From Atractiella rhizophila (taxonomy: Eukaryota), in assembly GCA_021432655.1 (NCBI GenBank), contig MU271201.1, positions 110,429-149,768 on the forward strand: a DNA stretch of 39,340 nt, written 5' to 3'. Positions 22,630 to 35,712 of the stretch are shown here, piece after piece; positions within the stretch are counted from its first letter, which is position 1; every line of letters begins with the position of its first letter. Position numbers and translations under genes: made by a program. The notes beneath the pieces were generated by a model. The model was not told the origin of the DNA and ran no database searches. It worked only from the letters and a program-made list of their open reading frames with translations.

Positions 22630-23043
22630 TGTCAGGTTTGCATCTTACGCAAATCGACGCCCGTTCCCCGGATTGCGTCTCCTATCGCCCATTTGCGTTC
22701 CCTGCGAATCGGCGCCCGTTCGCCACTGCGTCTCCCGTCGCCCATTTGCACCTACATCACCACTTAGCCCAATTGTGCCTATCCTCCTCTTATTAACTCC
22801 GCATAATCCCACTGTCACTTCCTTTTTAGTTCTCTTACATGTTTCATCTGCTCTCCTCTACACTCTGTGGCAGTGTTATTCCGCTTGTATATATAGATCA
22901 GAGAGTAGTGGAGGTGACCTTAGAGTATTCTCTTAGGTTTATCTCCACTACAGGTTAGTCTTCATGTCATATCATGCACTTAGGTTTATCTCCACTACAG
23001 ACGCATCGCCTATCGGCGACCGTACATAGTGTCAGCCCTAACA
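22630..23043 (+). mobile_element. Solo LTR (family A variant) inserted in the Copia integrase
   Basis: TGTCAGG...CCTAACA with TSD CGACG/CGATG (one transition). Removing it rejoins MERR-WYTIFDVARTIL. Confidence 0.9.
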
Positions 23044-25855
23044 CGATGTTGGTATACAATATTCGATGTAGCTCGCACAATTCTCTTGGAACCTGGTTTG
23101 CCTTTATCTTTCTGGGAGAAAGCAGTTCAGTTTGCTGTTCACACTTTAAATCATCTACCCACTTTTTCGCATGTATCTTGGAAATGTCCTTTAAAATAAT
23201 GGACAGGCATAGCCCCTGATGTTTCTTCTCTTCGTACTTTTGGCTGCTTAACTATTGTTCACATTTCAAAGGAGAGGCAGATATCAAAACTCCATCCGAG
23301 AGGGGCGCGAGGATACTTCATAGGATATCTACCTGGCGCATAGGGTTGGCTCTTTTGGGTACCGTCGCAAAAGCGATTTGTGGAAGCGAAGGATGTCAGA
23401 TGGTTCGAAGATCAGTTTTATCGGGGTCGGAGTGCGGAGGATACCGAACGCCTAAGTGACTGGACCCTCGACGAGTTCATGCCCTCTGAGTTTCATAGCT
23501 TAGTGACGAGGTTCCCGTTAATATTCCACGTCCCGACGAAGTAGTACCGCCCACCACGCCACCCAATAACCCTTCCATACAACTTCCTCCTTCCAAACCC
23601 ACCACGACGTCTTCACCTACCCCAGATATTCATATTCGGACAGAGTTAGATAATGTTGAGGGGGGGTTGCCGAGCCCTACCGCAAGCGAAGAAGCTGTGC
23701 AGGCACAAATGGTCCCTGTTAGAGAGGTACGCAAGCATATACCACAGCACTCACCTGCACCATATCCACCCCCAAACCAACGTCCACGACGTGATATATC
23801 GCAAGTCAATTATACTGCCCAGCTGAAGGGTAAGCCGTCAAACCAAAAAGGGAGGACCCATACACATTCCAATTACTTTCTTGATGCACACTTCCGATCC
23901 ACTGACCAAGATTTCATTCCCTCACTAGCAAGCAGGAAGATGGCGTCCGCCGTACGCTCATCTTTACAATCATCAATCTCAGGTGAAGGCGAAGACGTGA
24001 GACGCTGGCAGGTGTTTGCGGCTAATGTGAAATGGACAGGTAGTCTAGACGAACCGTCTTTCAAACAAGCGCTTGCTGGGCCTGATGCTGAGAAATGGTT
24101 GGAGGCGATCTTGGCGGAGATAATGGCGTTGAAAAATATGGGAACATGGGATGAGGAACCTGTTCCACTGCCTTCTGGCAAGAGAGCAGTGGGTTGCAAA
24201 TGGGTCTTGCTGATAAAGAGGGATTTACATGGAAGCATTATCAAGTACAAGGCACAACTCGTTGCTTGGGGTGACACACAGACTGAGGGGGTAGATTTCG
24301 AAGACACCTTCGCTCCTACCGTGCGTATAGTATCTATTCACGCTATTCTTTCTCTCGCAGCGTCCAGACGCATGAAGCTAGGACAATTCGACATCAGCAA
24401 TGCGTTCTTGAATGGGATACTGGGTGAGGAAGTATATCTTCGTCAGCCTCAAGGTTTTGTCGACCCGCAACGGCCTGCTCACGTTTACAGATTGCGAAAG
24501 ACCTTATATAGCCTACGGCAGGCAGGAAAGGGATGGAACGATACAGCCTACGCATTCTTTATCGACCAAGGATTTACACGTTTGGACGCAGACCATGGGG
24601 TATATTTTAAAAATGATGGAGAGGGACTGACTATTGTAGCTATTCACGTTGATGATGGTCTTGTCACGGCGTCCACTCACACACTCATCGAGAAGCTGTA
24701 TACTGCGCTTCGCTCGCGATTCAAAATAACGACGTTGCCGGTTGGGAATTTCCTAGGCATGAACATAACATGGGATGAAGAGAGAAGGTTATTTATTACC
24801 TTGGACCAGGAAGCTTATGTGCGCAGATGCATTGAAAAGTATGGGTTGCAGGGTATGAAACCGACTAAGACGCCATGCGACATCGACATTGGGTGACTGA
24901 GTCTTGGGTTGCCCAGACTGATGGGGAAAGGGAATACATGAAAAGAATACCTTACAGGGAAGCGGTGGGAGCACTGATCTATGCTGCAGTAAACACTCGA
25001 CCAGACATTGCATTCGCTGTGAACAGGGCAGCACGATACAACGCCAATCCTGGGCGTCGCCATTGGACGATGGTTCAAAGGATATTCAGATACCTTTTAG
25101 GCACACTGGATTTCAAGCTCAGTTGGGATGCAATGGGTAGCACAACCCTTGAAGGTTTTTCTGACTCTGACCATGCTGCTGACTTGGATACTAGACGCTT
25201 GATATCTGGCGTTGTGTTTCGCCTGGGACGCTCAGCAATATCATGGATATCCAAGATGCAACCGACAGTCGCGATATCCTCAACACTCTCGACAGCAGCA
25301 AGGGAGGCGATGTGGCTACGGACACTGTTATCACAGCTTGGTTTTCCACAACAGAATGCGACACTGATCAGGGGAGACAACCAGGGGTCCCTACTTCTGG
25401 CAAAACATCCGTCTAACCATGGTAGAACGAAGCATGTCAATGTGCACTACCACTTTACAAGGGAAAGGTAGCATCTGGGGAGATCGTACTCGAATGGATC
25501 CCTACACAAGATATGGTAGCTGATGTGCTGACGAAGGGCCGGCCTGGGATACCTACAGCACTCTAAAATGTGTTCCGCTATGGGGCTGTTGTCTAGTTAG
25601 ATGTGACTGCAGTGTTTGACTCAGGTTTCCACTCTATTCTCAGAACTTCGGAATTATGCTACTTCCAGTTTCTAGGCTATTATAATTTCCTTCTAACTTT
25701 TACTCATTTCTATTAATCATCTCAAATAATTTAGGACAATCCTGATATCACGTTTGCATGTTTGGCCACATTAAGTTGTTCTTGTCCTTTTCCCTCCTTT
25801 TGCCTTTTCTACTGCTGCTCATTTTGTGTGCCCCCACGCCCTGAGTGAGGGGGGG

Positions 25856-26085
25856 TGTGAGAGAGGGACATACCGCTTGACTCCGTTTGACTTCGTCACT
25901 TTCCTTCCCTTCGCTCGTTTCTCTCGCTTCGTTCATGTTCCTTCCATTTGCTCGTTTCCTCTCGCTTCATTTCCCTCTCTCTATCTTGTTCTCCACTCGT
26001 CAGCACGTGTATATAGGGTTAGGGCCATCGCCAACCTGATTCCCCAGCGTTTCCACCATCTCATTTCGCTGGGGATCAGCTCACA
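25856..26085 (+). repeat. Copia 3' LTR (230 bp)
   Basis: TGTGAG...CTCACA termini directly after the PPT and directly before the TSD. Confidence 0.9.
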
Positions 26086-26409
26086 AAAGGGAACACTTGG
26101 AAATAATATATACTGTGCAGTACTAGTGAGAAGGATGATAAGGCGAAAATGGGGACGGTGCAGACCAGCGAAATGTGTAAGGTTTGCTGAGTGGCGATTC
26201 GTATGAGAAAGGGGAAATCGGCGAGCAGCACAGGCATGAGCAAAGTGGCGATGAGTAGACACGTGCTCCCATGATGTGGTGAAGTGGGTCACATGACTTC
26301 AGATGGTGCATTTCAGTAATGCGTAGGGGCAAGCCTGACAAGATACAATGTTTTAATGATACGAGTACACAAGAAACAATTCCTGCAACTTAATGGCACC
26401 AAGCAGTCA

Positions 26410-27103
26410 TCAAAGACGAGTAGCGCCCTCCCTCATCCTCTTCTCACCGTCGACCAAAACGCAAACTCCGCCGTAAAGCACCTTGTCCTTCGCATTTTCC
26501 TTGATCCACTCAACGACTTCAGCATCCTCGCAACCTGTGCCATCACAACACACACACAAGCAGATAAACAACCAGATCAGCAACCATCAAGCTTGATAAA
26601 TAAAAAGACTAAATGAGAGAAGAAAGTAGATGAGGACAAACCAGGTTGAAGCCAGATGTAGGGGATGCCGAGTTCCAATGCTTTAGGAAGGACGGTCATC
26701 GTCACTTTTGGTGGCGTGATGACGGAAAGCGAGGTAGACTTTGGGTTCTGGAGGTTATCGATGCTCTGTATCACAGACTGGCATCGTATCATCCACACCC
26801 GTCAGAGAGCGTACCGTAAGGAAATTGAGAAGGGACGCACGATGCCCTCGATCTCACTCTCTTTCGGGTTGATAGGCGTGACGGAGAGGTTATGGGCCTT
26901 GTACCACTTCAATACCTTGTTTCCGAACTTTGAAGGGTCCTTGGATGCCCCGACCACCTGTGAACCAGTGTAACTGTCTTGATCTCGGAGAGCATGGAGG
27001 GAGTGGATGGGAGGAAGCAATGAAGCAAGGAGAGGAGGGATCAGCTCACCGCAAAGGAAGGTTGGGAGAGGAAGGCGGTCTGGAGTTCGATGGCAGACGA
27101 CAT
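26410..27103 (-). CDS. CoA-binding domain protein (YccU-like Rossmann fold), about 4 exons
   Basis: MSSAIELQTAFLSQPSFA-VVGASKDPSKFGNKVLKWY..VTPINPKE..LSVITPPKVT..IWLQPG..LYGGVCVLVDG. Confidence 0.85.
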
Positions 27104-27917
27104 CGTCGCTGTTCTTTTTGAAATAGAAATAGGGACGAGAGGAAGAGATTTGAGGAGGCGGGAGAGGAGTGGCAGTTTGGCGATTGCTAACCCATTCGTA
27201 TTTGTCAGCATGAATGTCCTTTATCTCTCTTGTCGGCTGTTGCTCATTGAAGAGGAACATATCAGATAAATTTGAAGCAATAACTATTGCGGAAATGTCT
27301 GCGATGACGGCGATTTAGTAAAGAACCGCCGCTCGGGATACTGGCAGGAGCTGTGGCTTGAACGAGCCAGAATGAGCACTATAAACGCTCGAATTCCGAG
27401 TCTAAACAAGCTAGTAAACTGGTCCGCCAACGACTTGATTCAGTAATTTCAAGTCCTTCAGAGGCTCTTTTTGGTGAAGCATTTATTTATTTCCAAGGAC
27501 TGCACATAACTCGAATTGAGTTCATAAAATGCAAGGCCGATGTCGTTGGCAACGATAATCACCAAACAACATGAAAGAGACGAGCTCACTGCAAGTTCCT
27601 GCGTTATGCCGTTACGCCCCCTGGCTCTAGAATTATGGATGCACGTTGACAAGGAAAGAGGACGGACTAAACTTTATCTCGCAAGCATGTTGATATGATC
27701 GCCGAGTTCTTTTTCTCTCAACATTATTATAATTATAATCCTCATCCGCCTCTTCACTCTCCTCTACTCCTCCGTTATTGTACTGCTCCTACTCCTCCTC
27801 TCCCATACTCTTCTATCTCACCTCATATGCTATAACTCCCTCCCAACTCCTCCACCTTCTACCTTCCAACTGTTTCCACATCCAACACCATCACGGCACC
27901 ATCACTCAGGCTCCAAC

Positions 27918-30103
27918 ATGCACACCCACCATCGAACAAAACGTCGTCTCTCACCCTCCGCTTGGGCAAAGGCATACTCTCCCTCCTCCTCCTCCTCCTA
28001 CTCACCGCCCTCCTCACTTTCCTGTCTCCGCTCCCTTCCTCCCTCCCTTCCTTCTCGTCTCCTTCCCACGACAGTCACATATCCATTTCCACCGACCTCG
28101 ACACTTCATACACCCCGCCGCCGCCGCACTACGACCTCAACGAGTACGGACACACCGAGCGTTGTCTAGGCAGCGAGGCAACCGAAAAAGACATCAACCG
28201 TCTCTTCCAACAAGGCGGAGAGGGAACCGTGGTCAACCTCTGTCGACGAGCCGTCATCCAACTGGGAGGAGCGGTCGTCTTTACAGGTTCGCCTTTTATT
28301 CCTTTCCTTCTTCATGTCGCTCATTATTCTCTTATAATGCAGCATCCAGACAAACCCTCCAAACGATAGGCGGCCCAACAACCACAGGCGACGACCGAGC
28401 CCTGCTCAACCTGACCACAACTACCCCTCCCTCATCCGACTCCAAAATAGAACCCACAACATCTACGACAGCGATAAGCACGCACAGTTGTCTAGCGTGC
28501 CACTCCATCCTCCTCCTCTCCCTTCGCGTCTTCGGTGGCAGAGACGTCCTCCCCCTCCCTCCTAAGAAATCTTATCCTCCTGCGCTGTTAGAGTTGGGGA
28601 ATTGGAGCGCGAATTTGACGGTGAAGGGTTGTAAGTGTGGGGGACGAGGAGTTGGAGTTGTCTGCATGTCGCGTACGCTCTTCTACTCTTCTGTTCCTCT
28701 TCCTCTTCTTCAATTGTCGAATTGTTGAATTATCAACTAATGTGAGGAGTAGGGACGGAGGATGCACCGGCGCAAAAATCTTGGATAACGAGATTGGACC
28801 GTGTGGTGTCACCTGGAACACCGGCCCAATAGGGGACGGAATATCTTTCCAGGTTCGTCCTTTCCACTTATCCTTTATCGCTCCTTCTGGATTGAACGAT
28901 GTTGCTTATAGTGCGTCGATGGATTGGTCGCTAATAATACGATCGTGGACGCGACGGATGGAGGGATAGTCGTGTTTGGAGCTCCCGTGAGTTCTTTTCC
29001 TTCTTTGTCCCGAACATGAAATACCGAACGAACCCCAGCTGACATGTGTCATTTTGATGGGGTGATGGGATGAACAGGGCACACGAATAGTGAACAACAC
29101 GATATCGAACGTGAACCAACATGGATTGGGAGGAATAAATATGGTCGACTACATCGGCGTCAATTCTTCCATCCACTCCATACCTCGCGGAAGCTTCGAA
29201 GGCGTCGTCGTTGAGGGGAACACCATCATTGCTGAGGAGAAGCAGATTAAAATCGGGTTTGTCTTCACCATGTCCCCAATTCCAATTCACCATCCAAACG
29301 ACAAAACGAATGTTCGGAGGCTGACAGATAACCACTGGCACAGGATAGCGATGGGCTCCCCACCCTGGGGCGACAACCTCAACACTCCCCTCTACGGCGC
29401 AACTGTGCGCAACAACCTCTTCAAAGGCCGCAACATGCTCTTCGGCCTCGCCCTCGCCGGCGTACACCACTGGTCTGTCTACGGAAACCGCGTCCTTCCC
29501 TCCGCCAGGTTTCGAGGCGTCAGGTCAGGGGAGGACAGCATCGATCCGTGCCATGATTTGGTAGACGTGGAACCGACGTTTGCGATTGTGGATTTGGAGA
29601 AGTTGGGGGATGGTGTGAGGTTTGGGCCGGATGGGAATGACGGCGTGGGGATGGGAGAGATGGATGTGGTTCAACCGGGTGCGGTGGCTGTGGGGATGGG
29701 CATGCCCCCTGTGATGCCGGCTTCGCAGGGTATGGAAGGAGGAGATGGAGAGAAGGAGTGTTGGAAGAAGGCTAGCTTTCAGTTCTTGCTGTGCTACAAC
29801 CCTGACAATTCCACGAACGAGGGAACCCCGCCGGAGATAGAGTGGATAGAGGGTGGACCGGGGTGTCGTCTCTCTACCGAGCACGAGTACGATAATGCGA
29901 GCACCGTCATTGCGATTGGAGAGAGTGAGGACGTTTATGGAGCGGGAGGGGGAGTAAGAGTCCAGCCTCTGAGGGCGTTGGAAGTCGAAAGGAGCTCCGG
30001 CGCGTCTTCCGTTGATTTAAGACTTCCATCGTTCATCCCCATCCTATTCATGTCAACCTTTTGGTGGTCGTTGTTGCTCCTCCTCTCTGCTGAGATGAGC
30101 TAA
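27918..30103 (+). CDS. Right-handed parallel beta-helix (pectin-lyase-like fold) extracellular protein with two apparent frameshifts
   Basis: Hydrophobic N-terminus; motifs INRLFQQGGEGTVVNLC, RSWSCLH, NEIGPCG, DGIS, DATDGGIVVFGAPG, LGGINMVD; hydrophobic GPI-like C-terminus. Confidence 0.75.
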
Positions 30104-30387
30104 GACCTGTTGATTCGAATTTCGATGTGTTGGTTGTTTTCATCATATTTTCTTATCACGTTGTTGGGAAGCGATACTGGTATGGGTTCTAGGGGTCGAT
30201 GGTGTTGTACACTAACAATCTTTCCTTCTTCTGAGTTGCCACTTCATTCTTTATATGACCTGACATGCTCTGTAAGCTGCAATTTATGGGTACAATAATC
30301 GTGCAATTCGAGGAAGGCACTGGTAAAGTACAAAAAAGAATCAAACAAGTCGGCTCAAGTTCATGGGCAGATAGATAGGGCAAAAGG

Positions 30388-30469
30388 TGCCTCGACGGAG
30401 AATCGAACTCCGATTTTCAGATGTCCATAAGTATGAGACTGACTTCCTAACCGATTAGAAGATCAAGGC
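30388..30469 (-). tRNA. tRNA-Met(CAT), elongator type, with a 9-nt intron
   Basis: GCCTTGA/TCGAGGC acceptor stem; TCAGT-CTCATA-[CTTATGGAC]-ATCTGA anticodon arm with the U31:U39 pair typical of eukaryotic elongator Met; CGGAG-TTCGATT-CTCCG T arm; downstream TTTT. Confidence 0.93.
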
Positions 30470-31475
30470 GAAACGATGTAGACTTCCTAGGCCATACACA
30501 CAAATAAAAGCAAAGGAGCAAGAGACAATGCGTCGAAAGGAAACCGTCCAAACCACCCTGTGTTTGAGCCTCCGCCGCAAGCTCTCCCGACATTGCACAC
30601 CTGAAACTGATACAGGTTGTTCCTTCTAATTGTTAATGATCCCTCAAAAATGTTCCGGACGAGACAGGAAACCTCCATCTGGAAAAGTCCAAGTCAATCT
30701 TACGCTCGAAGTACACCATTAGCAAGCAAGATTGTGAAACTAAGCGGCAGATTGCAGAAAATATTCACTCTTCACAGGGATACGGATTATTTGCACTGGT
30801 GGCGGACAAGATTCAAAAGTTCATCTGTGAAGGAAGCAATCAATATTGGGACTGAGAGGAAGGAATATCGACGATAGAACATCCTAAATTGTCTTCTAGT
30901 TTCTTGTACACCTTTCATTTCCTTTGACATCGCTCTGTTACTAGAGCACTCTGAACAGTCTAGAAGTTGCAGTCTCAGTGTTCATCTACTGGCAATGTCG
31001 CGCATTAGGAATAGTCAGAGAGGTAACAAAATGCCAAGCGCATGCTATCGGCCAGAATGATACAAGAATACAAGGGATTGCCCTTCGAAGCAGCTCGCAT
31101 CGCCCTTTGTTTAGTCCGATTAGTCCAAGGGCTGTTCATTTAATATGACTGCGTAGCTAACTCATGGCCATCCCTTTGTTGTCGTTGCCACAGAATGGTT
31201 TGTTTATCCAAGTTTAGTCTTATTTCCAAATAAAATAAGGTTGACTACTTTTCCGACAAGCCTTTGTATCCTTACCTTTTTTGCTACCTCTCCTACCTCT
31301 TGCTTTCTCTCCGAGTACTTCTCTTATAAAACCAAGATGTCATTGTACCCTCTACCTATCAATTGCTCTACAACTCACCTGGCTCGTACACCTAGAGTGG
31401 TAGGTGACAGTCACCTCACATCCGGAGGGAGCTAACTTTTCACCTTTTCACAGCACGCTCACCTAGACTTTGAAT

Positions 31476-33252
31476 ATGGATCGTCCCACTTCAACCAAAA
31501 ACTCGAACGACTTCTTGAATTTAGATCTCCTTGGGCCGCCAACTTTGGACTCTAACAATACTCCTATCTGGCAGGATGGTCTAGATGGATTCACTCACCA
31601 AATCAACACGTCTCTTCCTACCACAGTCGCACCCGAAGATATGATCTTGTCGCAGCCGGAATTTCAGCCCACAGGATCTCAGTCAAACTCTCCCCTAACA
31701 GATGAGGATGTGCGATTTTTTCGCGACCTTGGGATTGACCGTATGTGGCTCCATTGTTTAGCGTCAACGCGGCGTTTACTCTTGTTTAACAGCCTTCTAT
31801 TCCACATCTTCCAGCCAAGACATAGATCTAAACCGACTGTCCCCTTCCACCATTGCTCCTTCCGATATAGCTCCAGCGAAGACCATCACAACCGCCCCTG
31901 TATCACCCATTAATCTTGCCGCTCCTTCCGCAATCCTTTCAGGGTCGACTACTCGCAAGCTTGAGTTCCTAAAGGATAAACAACCTACACTAAAGGAAGG
32001 AGATGTTATGCGCGTTCCTGGATCATTGGAGAGAAGCCCTGCGCCATATCGGCTCAATGAAAGAGATCGCAAACAGTTGGAGAAGTACGAAAAGGAGCTG
32101 GAGAAGAGAAAGAAAGGCTTTGATTATTACGGAGGAGAGGAGGCTCAGGGTGAGATGACCATGGAGAAAGCCAAGAGGATAGCGAAGGCTCAAGCGGAAT
32201 ATCGGGAAAAGGTAGAAGAGGAGAAGAGGAAGAAAGCGTGGGAGCAACATATGGCTCAGTGGCGCTCTACGGCGACGCCTTCGGACGCTTTTCTTTCCAC
32301 TCCTCCATACCTTTCAGGGTCTCCTGGTTGCGGCGATGGCAGTCCAACAGCCATCCCTGCTGTGTCCGTTTCCACCCCCAACTCCAACGTGTTCTCTCCG
32401 GCACCAGCTGTTTCAGTCACTCCTGGGCTGGCATCTTTTCCATCCCACAACTCTGCTATCCCGTATCCCTTTGGTCCATCCATTTCAAACATTCCAGGGC
32501 TCGCTCCTCCATTCCAGCCATCCTCGTCTGCCATTCCATATCCTCCTACGTCCACCGTGGCCACTTCGTCACACCTTCCAGCTTCATCATCTATTCCGCT
32601 TGTCATCAATGTCCCCCTCCAAGCAAGTACCGCCGGCGGATCAGTTGCACCAACCATTAACGAAGTGCAAGTACCTGGGTTCAAGGTTTATACCTACAAT
32701 GCACAGCAAAGGGACTGGGTACCCGCCTCCACCGATACCATGCGAAAAGTCTATCGGGACACGATGAAATCTGGTTGCCTACCCGGGGCGATGATTGTGA
32801 CTCGTGATGCAGATGAGAAGGTAATGGATGTTCGATATGGAGCTGTACCTAGCGCTATTGCGAAATCGGTGGGAATAGAACTCCCAGAATTTAGAAGACG
32901 GGGGGATAGAAGCAGGGTGAGGAGAAATAGGGAAGAGAGAACGCGGCGGGAGCGACGAATGGAGGAAAGGAATGCCAAGAGGAGGAGTAGGAAGGAAATG
33001 AAGGAAGAAGATTCTGGCTCGCAAGAGCAACCGATGCTCATCGAAACAGATAACGAGCATGAGCGAGTAAAGATGGAAAGCGATTGGTCTAGTGGTGGAT
33101 CTGACTCAGAAAGTAGTCGTCCCTCCGATATCTCTTTACGCTCTCGCTCTCCAACTCCTCATTCACGGCCCAAGAGTGAATCCACAGGAAGGAGAAAAAG
33201 GGATCGCGCCTCTCAATCAACTGCACCTAAGCTGAAGATGGAGTCTACTTGA
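31476..33252 (+). CDS. Hypothetical low-complexity protein (about 574 aa), 2 exons
   Basis: ORF from ATG 31476 joins in frame through intron 31741..31792 (GTATGT..ACAG) to the long ORF ending at 33252. It has charged and Pro/Ser-rich blocks. Confidence 0.7.
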
Positions 33253-33496
33253 TTCTCACTTTCGACAGCTTTGATGCGGAGATAATGTGAGCACAGAGTA
33301 AATGGACGTGCAATGCCATTTCGCAATTCCCAAAAACTCGAAGCAATGAAGCTGCGGCTCCTCGGACCAATATTCCTGTATTGTTCCATGAATACTCATT
33401 CGGACGTATTTAAAAGAGTTTTGTGCAGTGTGAGAGAAACGGCATCACACATGTGGCGATCTACAAGGTTTTCCTTGTATCCAAGGATTGCGGACT

Positions 33497-35712
33497 TCAG
33501 AGGTCAAAACCCAATTCTTTGGCGATGATCGCTGCCGCCTTCTCTCCAATGGTCAGAGACGTATGATACGTGTTCTTTCCCAAAATCAATGAGGGATCTT
33601 TTGTGCAGAGAAGTTATGAACTCACAGCGCTAACATTTGATGGCGCAATTCCAAGATCCGCGACTTTGAGATTCTTCACGCCGTAAACCGACAGACTAGC
33701 GTCCACCACTCCACCGCTTTCTTTATACTTCATGGGAGTGGTCGCGATCGTATGCCTGTGGCACCTTCAACATTAAGCGGCTTGCATAAATCAAAAAGCG
33801 TACCAAGTAGTACAGACCCTGTCACGAGCCCATTTTTCGATAGCACGGTCGTCTTCCTCGCTGTATTCAAGATCTGAAATAGTAGTCGGATCCCAATTAT
33901 CATACTTTTGAGCCTTCACTTTCGAAGTCGCGGAGAAATCGGGTTGATGGGCAGCAAGTTCTCCCCGGTAAGATGGCATCCTTCGAATCTGCTCGCGGCC
34001 ACGTTTGTAGGCCCATATGATGGGGTACAAGTCCAGTTTATTCGTTAGAAAAGGGGCCCTGTAATTCTGTGGTGCATCGATGTCAGCTGCTGTAATATGG
34101 ATGTGACCTGTTCACCTTGTAAATCGACAGGCTATGGACAGATTGGTAACATACCTCTAGACAGGGGATGCGCGAGGAAGGTGTGCATGGAAAAATATTT
34201 TCCAAATTCAACCCCTGTTGGGTCTCCCATAAAGCTTCCTCCTCCCATTAAGACATTGGTCACTTTATCAGGTAACGCTTCGAAGTGTTCCTTGAATGCC
34301 TTTTCAAATTCGACTGACCCAAAGTCAGAGAGGGACGGAGGACGAATTTTGGCCACCCTATTTCCAGCCAGTTAAGGAGGAAACGGAGAGAATTCAAAGA
34401 CGTACCCATCAATTGCTGTTGTCGCCAATGGCCCCCGATAGTCCTTTTGGTACGAGAGACGAGCCGCCGCAACGGCGTCTGGTTGTGCCCATACGAAAGG
34501 GTCATTGGTTACCACCTCATCGCTAAGATGGTAATATTGATAAAGAAGAGAGTGATCCTGTAGGCTACAATAGATCTCTGTTCAGCATGTGGAAAGGGAA
34601 GGAGAGAAACGCACTCCTCTCCTACCGAAAGCTCTACCCTCTGCTTCACCCCTGCATGCTCGAGCACTTCTTTCCTCCCGATTCCACTTCTTTCCAAAAT
34701 CAAGGGACTGTTTAGCGCTCCTGCGCTCAAAATGACCAACTTCTTCGCTTGCACCACTCCAGTTGTGCCGTCGTCTTTGACATACTCCAATCCTTTGGCC
34801 ACAGGAGTAGCGTCCTCCGAAAGGAGGACTTTGTTAACGCGAGCGTTCGGGATGATATGCACCGTTGCGTCTGGTCGTAGGGTTGCTTCGGTGGTAGAGT
34901 CGTATACGTTGGGATGAATGGCAAAGACTGTATTAGCGGCGAGGAGAGAACGATGCCCACCAGTCGCGTTGATCCATTTTGCAAATGGTCCAACAGCGTT
35001 CACGGAAGAGAAATCCATGACACTGTGCTTTGCGTCATGAATCGAGTAAATGGTTTGCAAGTTTGACGTACTCTTCTTTGTACTGCATGCCTAGTCCCAC
35101 GCCAGCGTCCATCCACTCTTTGGCAACTGGGGCCGGATCCACGTAGGAAACGTGAAGCGGACCATCATATCCATGGACTTCTTCCTTGCCATGTAGGTAA
35201 TGGTTTTCGCTCTAGCACTTCGTTAATATCCTTCTCGTCAGAGAAAAAGGGGGGAAATGACCTTTCGTAAGTAAGGTGACAAGCTCTCGTAATCCCAGCC
35301 TTTGGCTTCCTTTCCCCATGCGTCGAAGTCTCCTTTATTACCACGCGAGTAAGCCATGAAATTGATCTGAGAGCTGCCTCCGATTCCATGTCCTACGCAA
35401 CATTAACAGAACATCCTGACCAAATCGCAGATTAGATCTCCTACCCCAGCTCGTAAACGTTGTTCGACCATTGAGTTCCTCCATAGGCTGAGTGAACACA
35501 TGTTTGGCGATTTTCGAAGTCGGCGCAAGATTGCGGAGCAGATGAGCTGGAAACCGAACGTCTTCGAGGTCGATGTTTGGCGGACCAGCTTCAATGGCTA
35601 CAATGGAGAGGTCGGGGTTTGCCTTTGCCAGTCTGGAGATGAAAATACAAGCAGCGGTGCCGCAACCAGCGACGACCAGATCGGCTTCTTGGGGAGGTGT
35701 GAGGTGGGTCAT
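33497..35712 (-). CDS. GMC oxidoreductase, alcohol-oxidase-like, multi-exon
   Basis: FAD motif VVAGCGTAA, GGSSQINF, VILSAGALNSPLILERSGIG, LQDH, HPLSRG, WAYKRGRE..RRM, TTWH, GVVDASLSVYGVKNLKVADL, NTYHTSLTIGEKAA (His/Asn catalytic pair). Confidence 0.93.

Larger units (their letters stand above)
21875..26085 (+). mobile_element. Ty1/Copia retrotransposon, defective (5' LTR and gag deleted; frameshifts and stops)
   Basis: WHSRLSH..CTIC zinc finger, integrase LRSDNGGEF, RT (GCKWV, QFDISNAFLNG, HVDDG) and RNase H (FSDSDHAAD, DNQG). PPT GAGTGAGGGGGGG precedes the 3' LTR. TSD AAAGG at 21870-21874 and 26086-26090. Confidence 0.95.
21140..26340 (-). mobile_element. Outer solo LTR (family A) split into 21140..21199, 21691..21874 and 26086..26340 by two later insertions (strand relative to the 21200 copy)
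   Basis: Ends TGTTAGG...CCTGACA. Perfect TSD AGATA at 21135-21139 and 26341-26345. The three pieces are reverse-complementary to 21200..21690. Confidence 0.9.

Noticed and set aside
21932..22936. 334-aa ORF as a novel integrase fusion
   Set aside because: The C-terminal part after 22630 is read-through into an inserted solo LTR.
27778..28728. 316-aa ORF as a separate gene
   Set aside because: Its first part is an off-frame low-complexity reading and its last part is exon 2 of the beta-helix gene.
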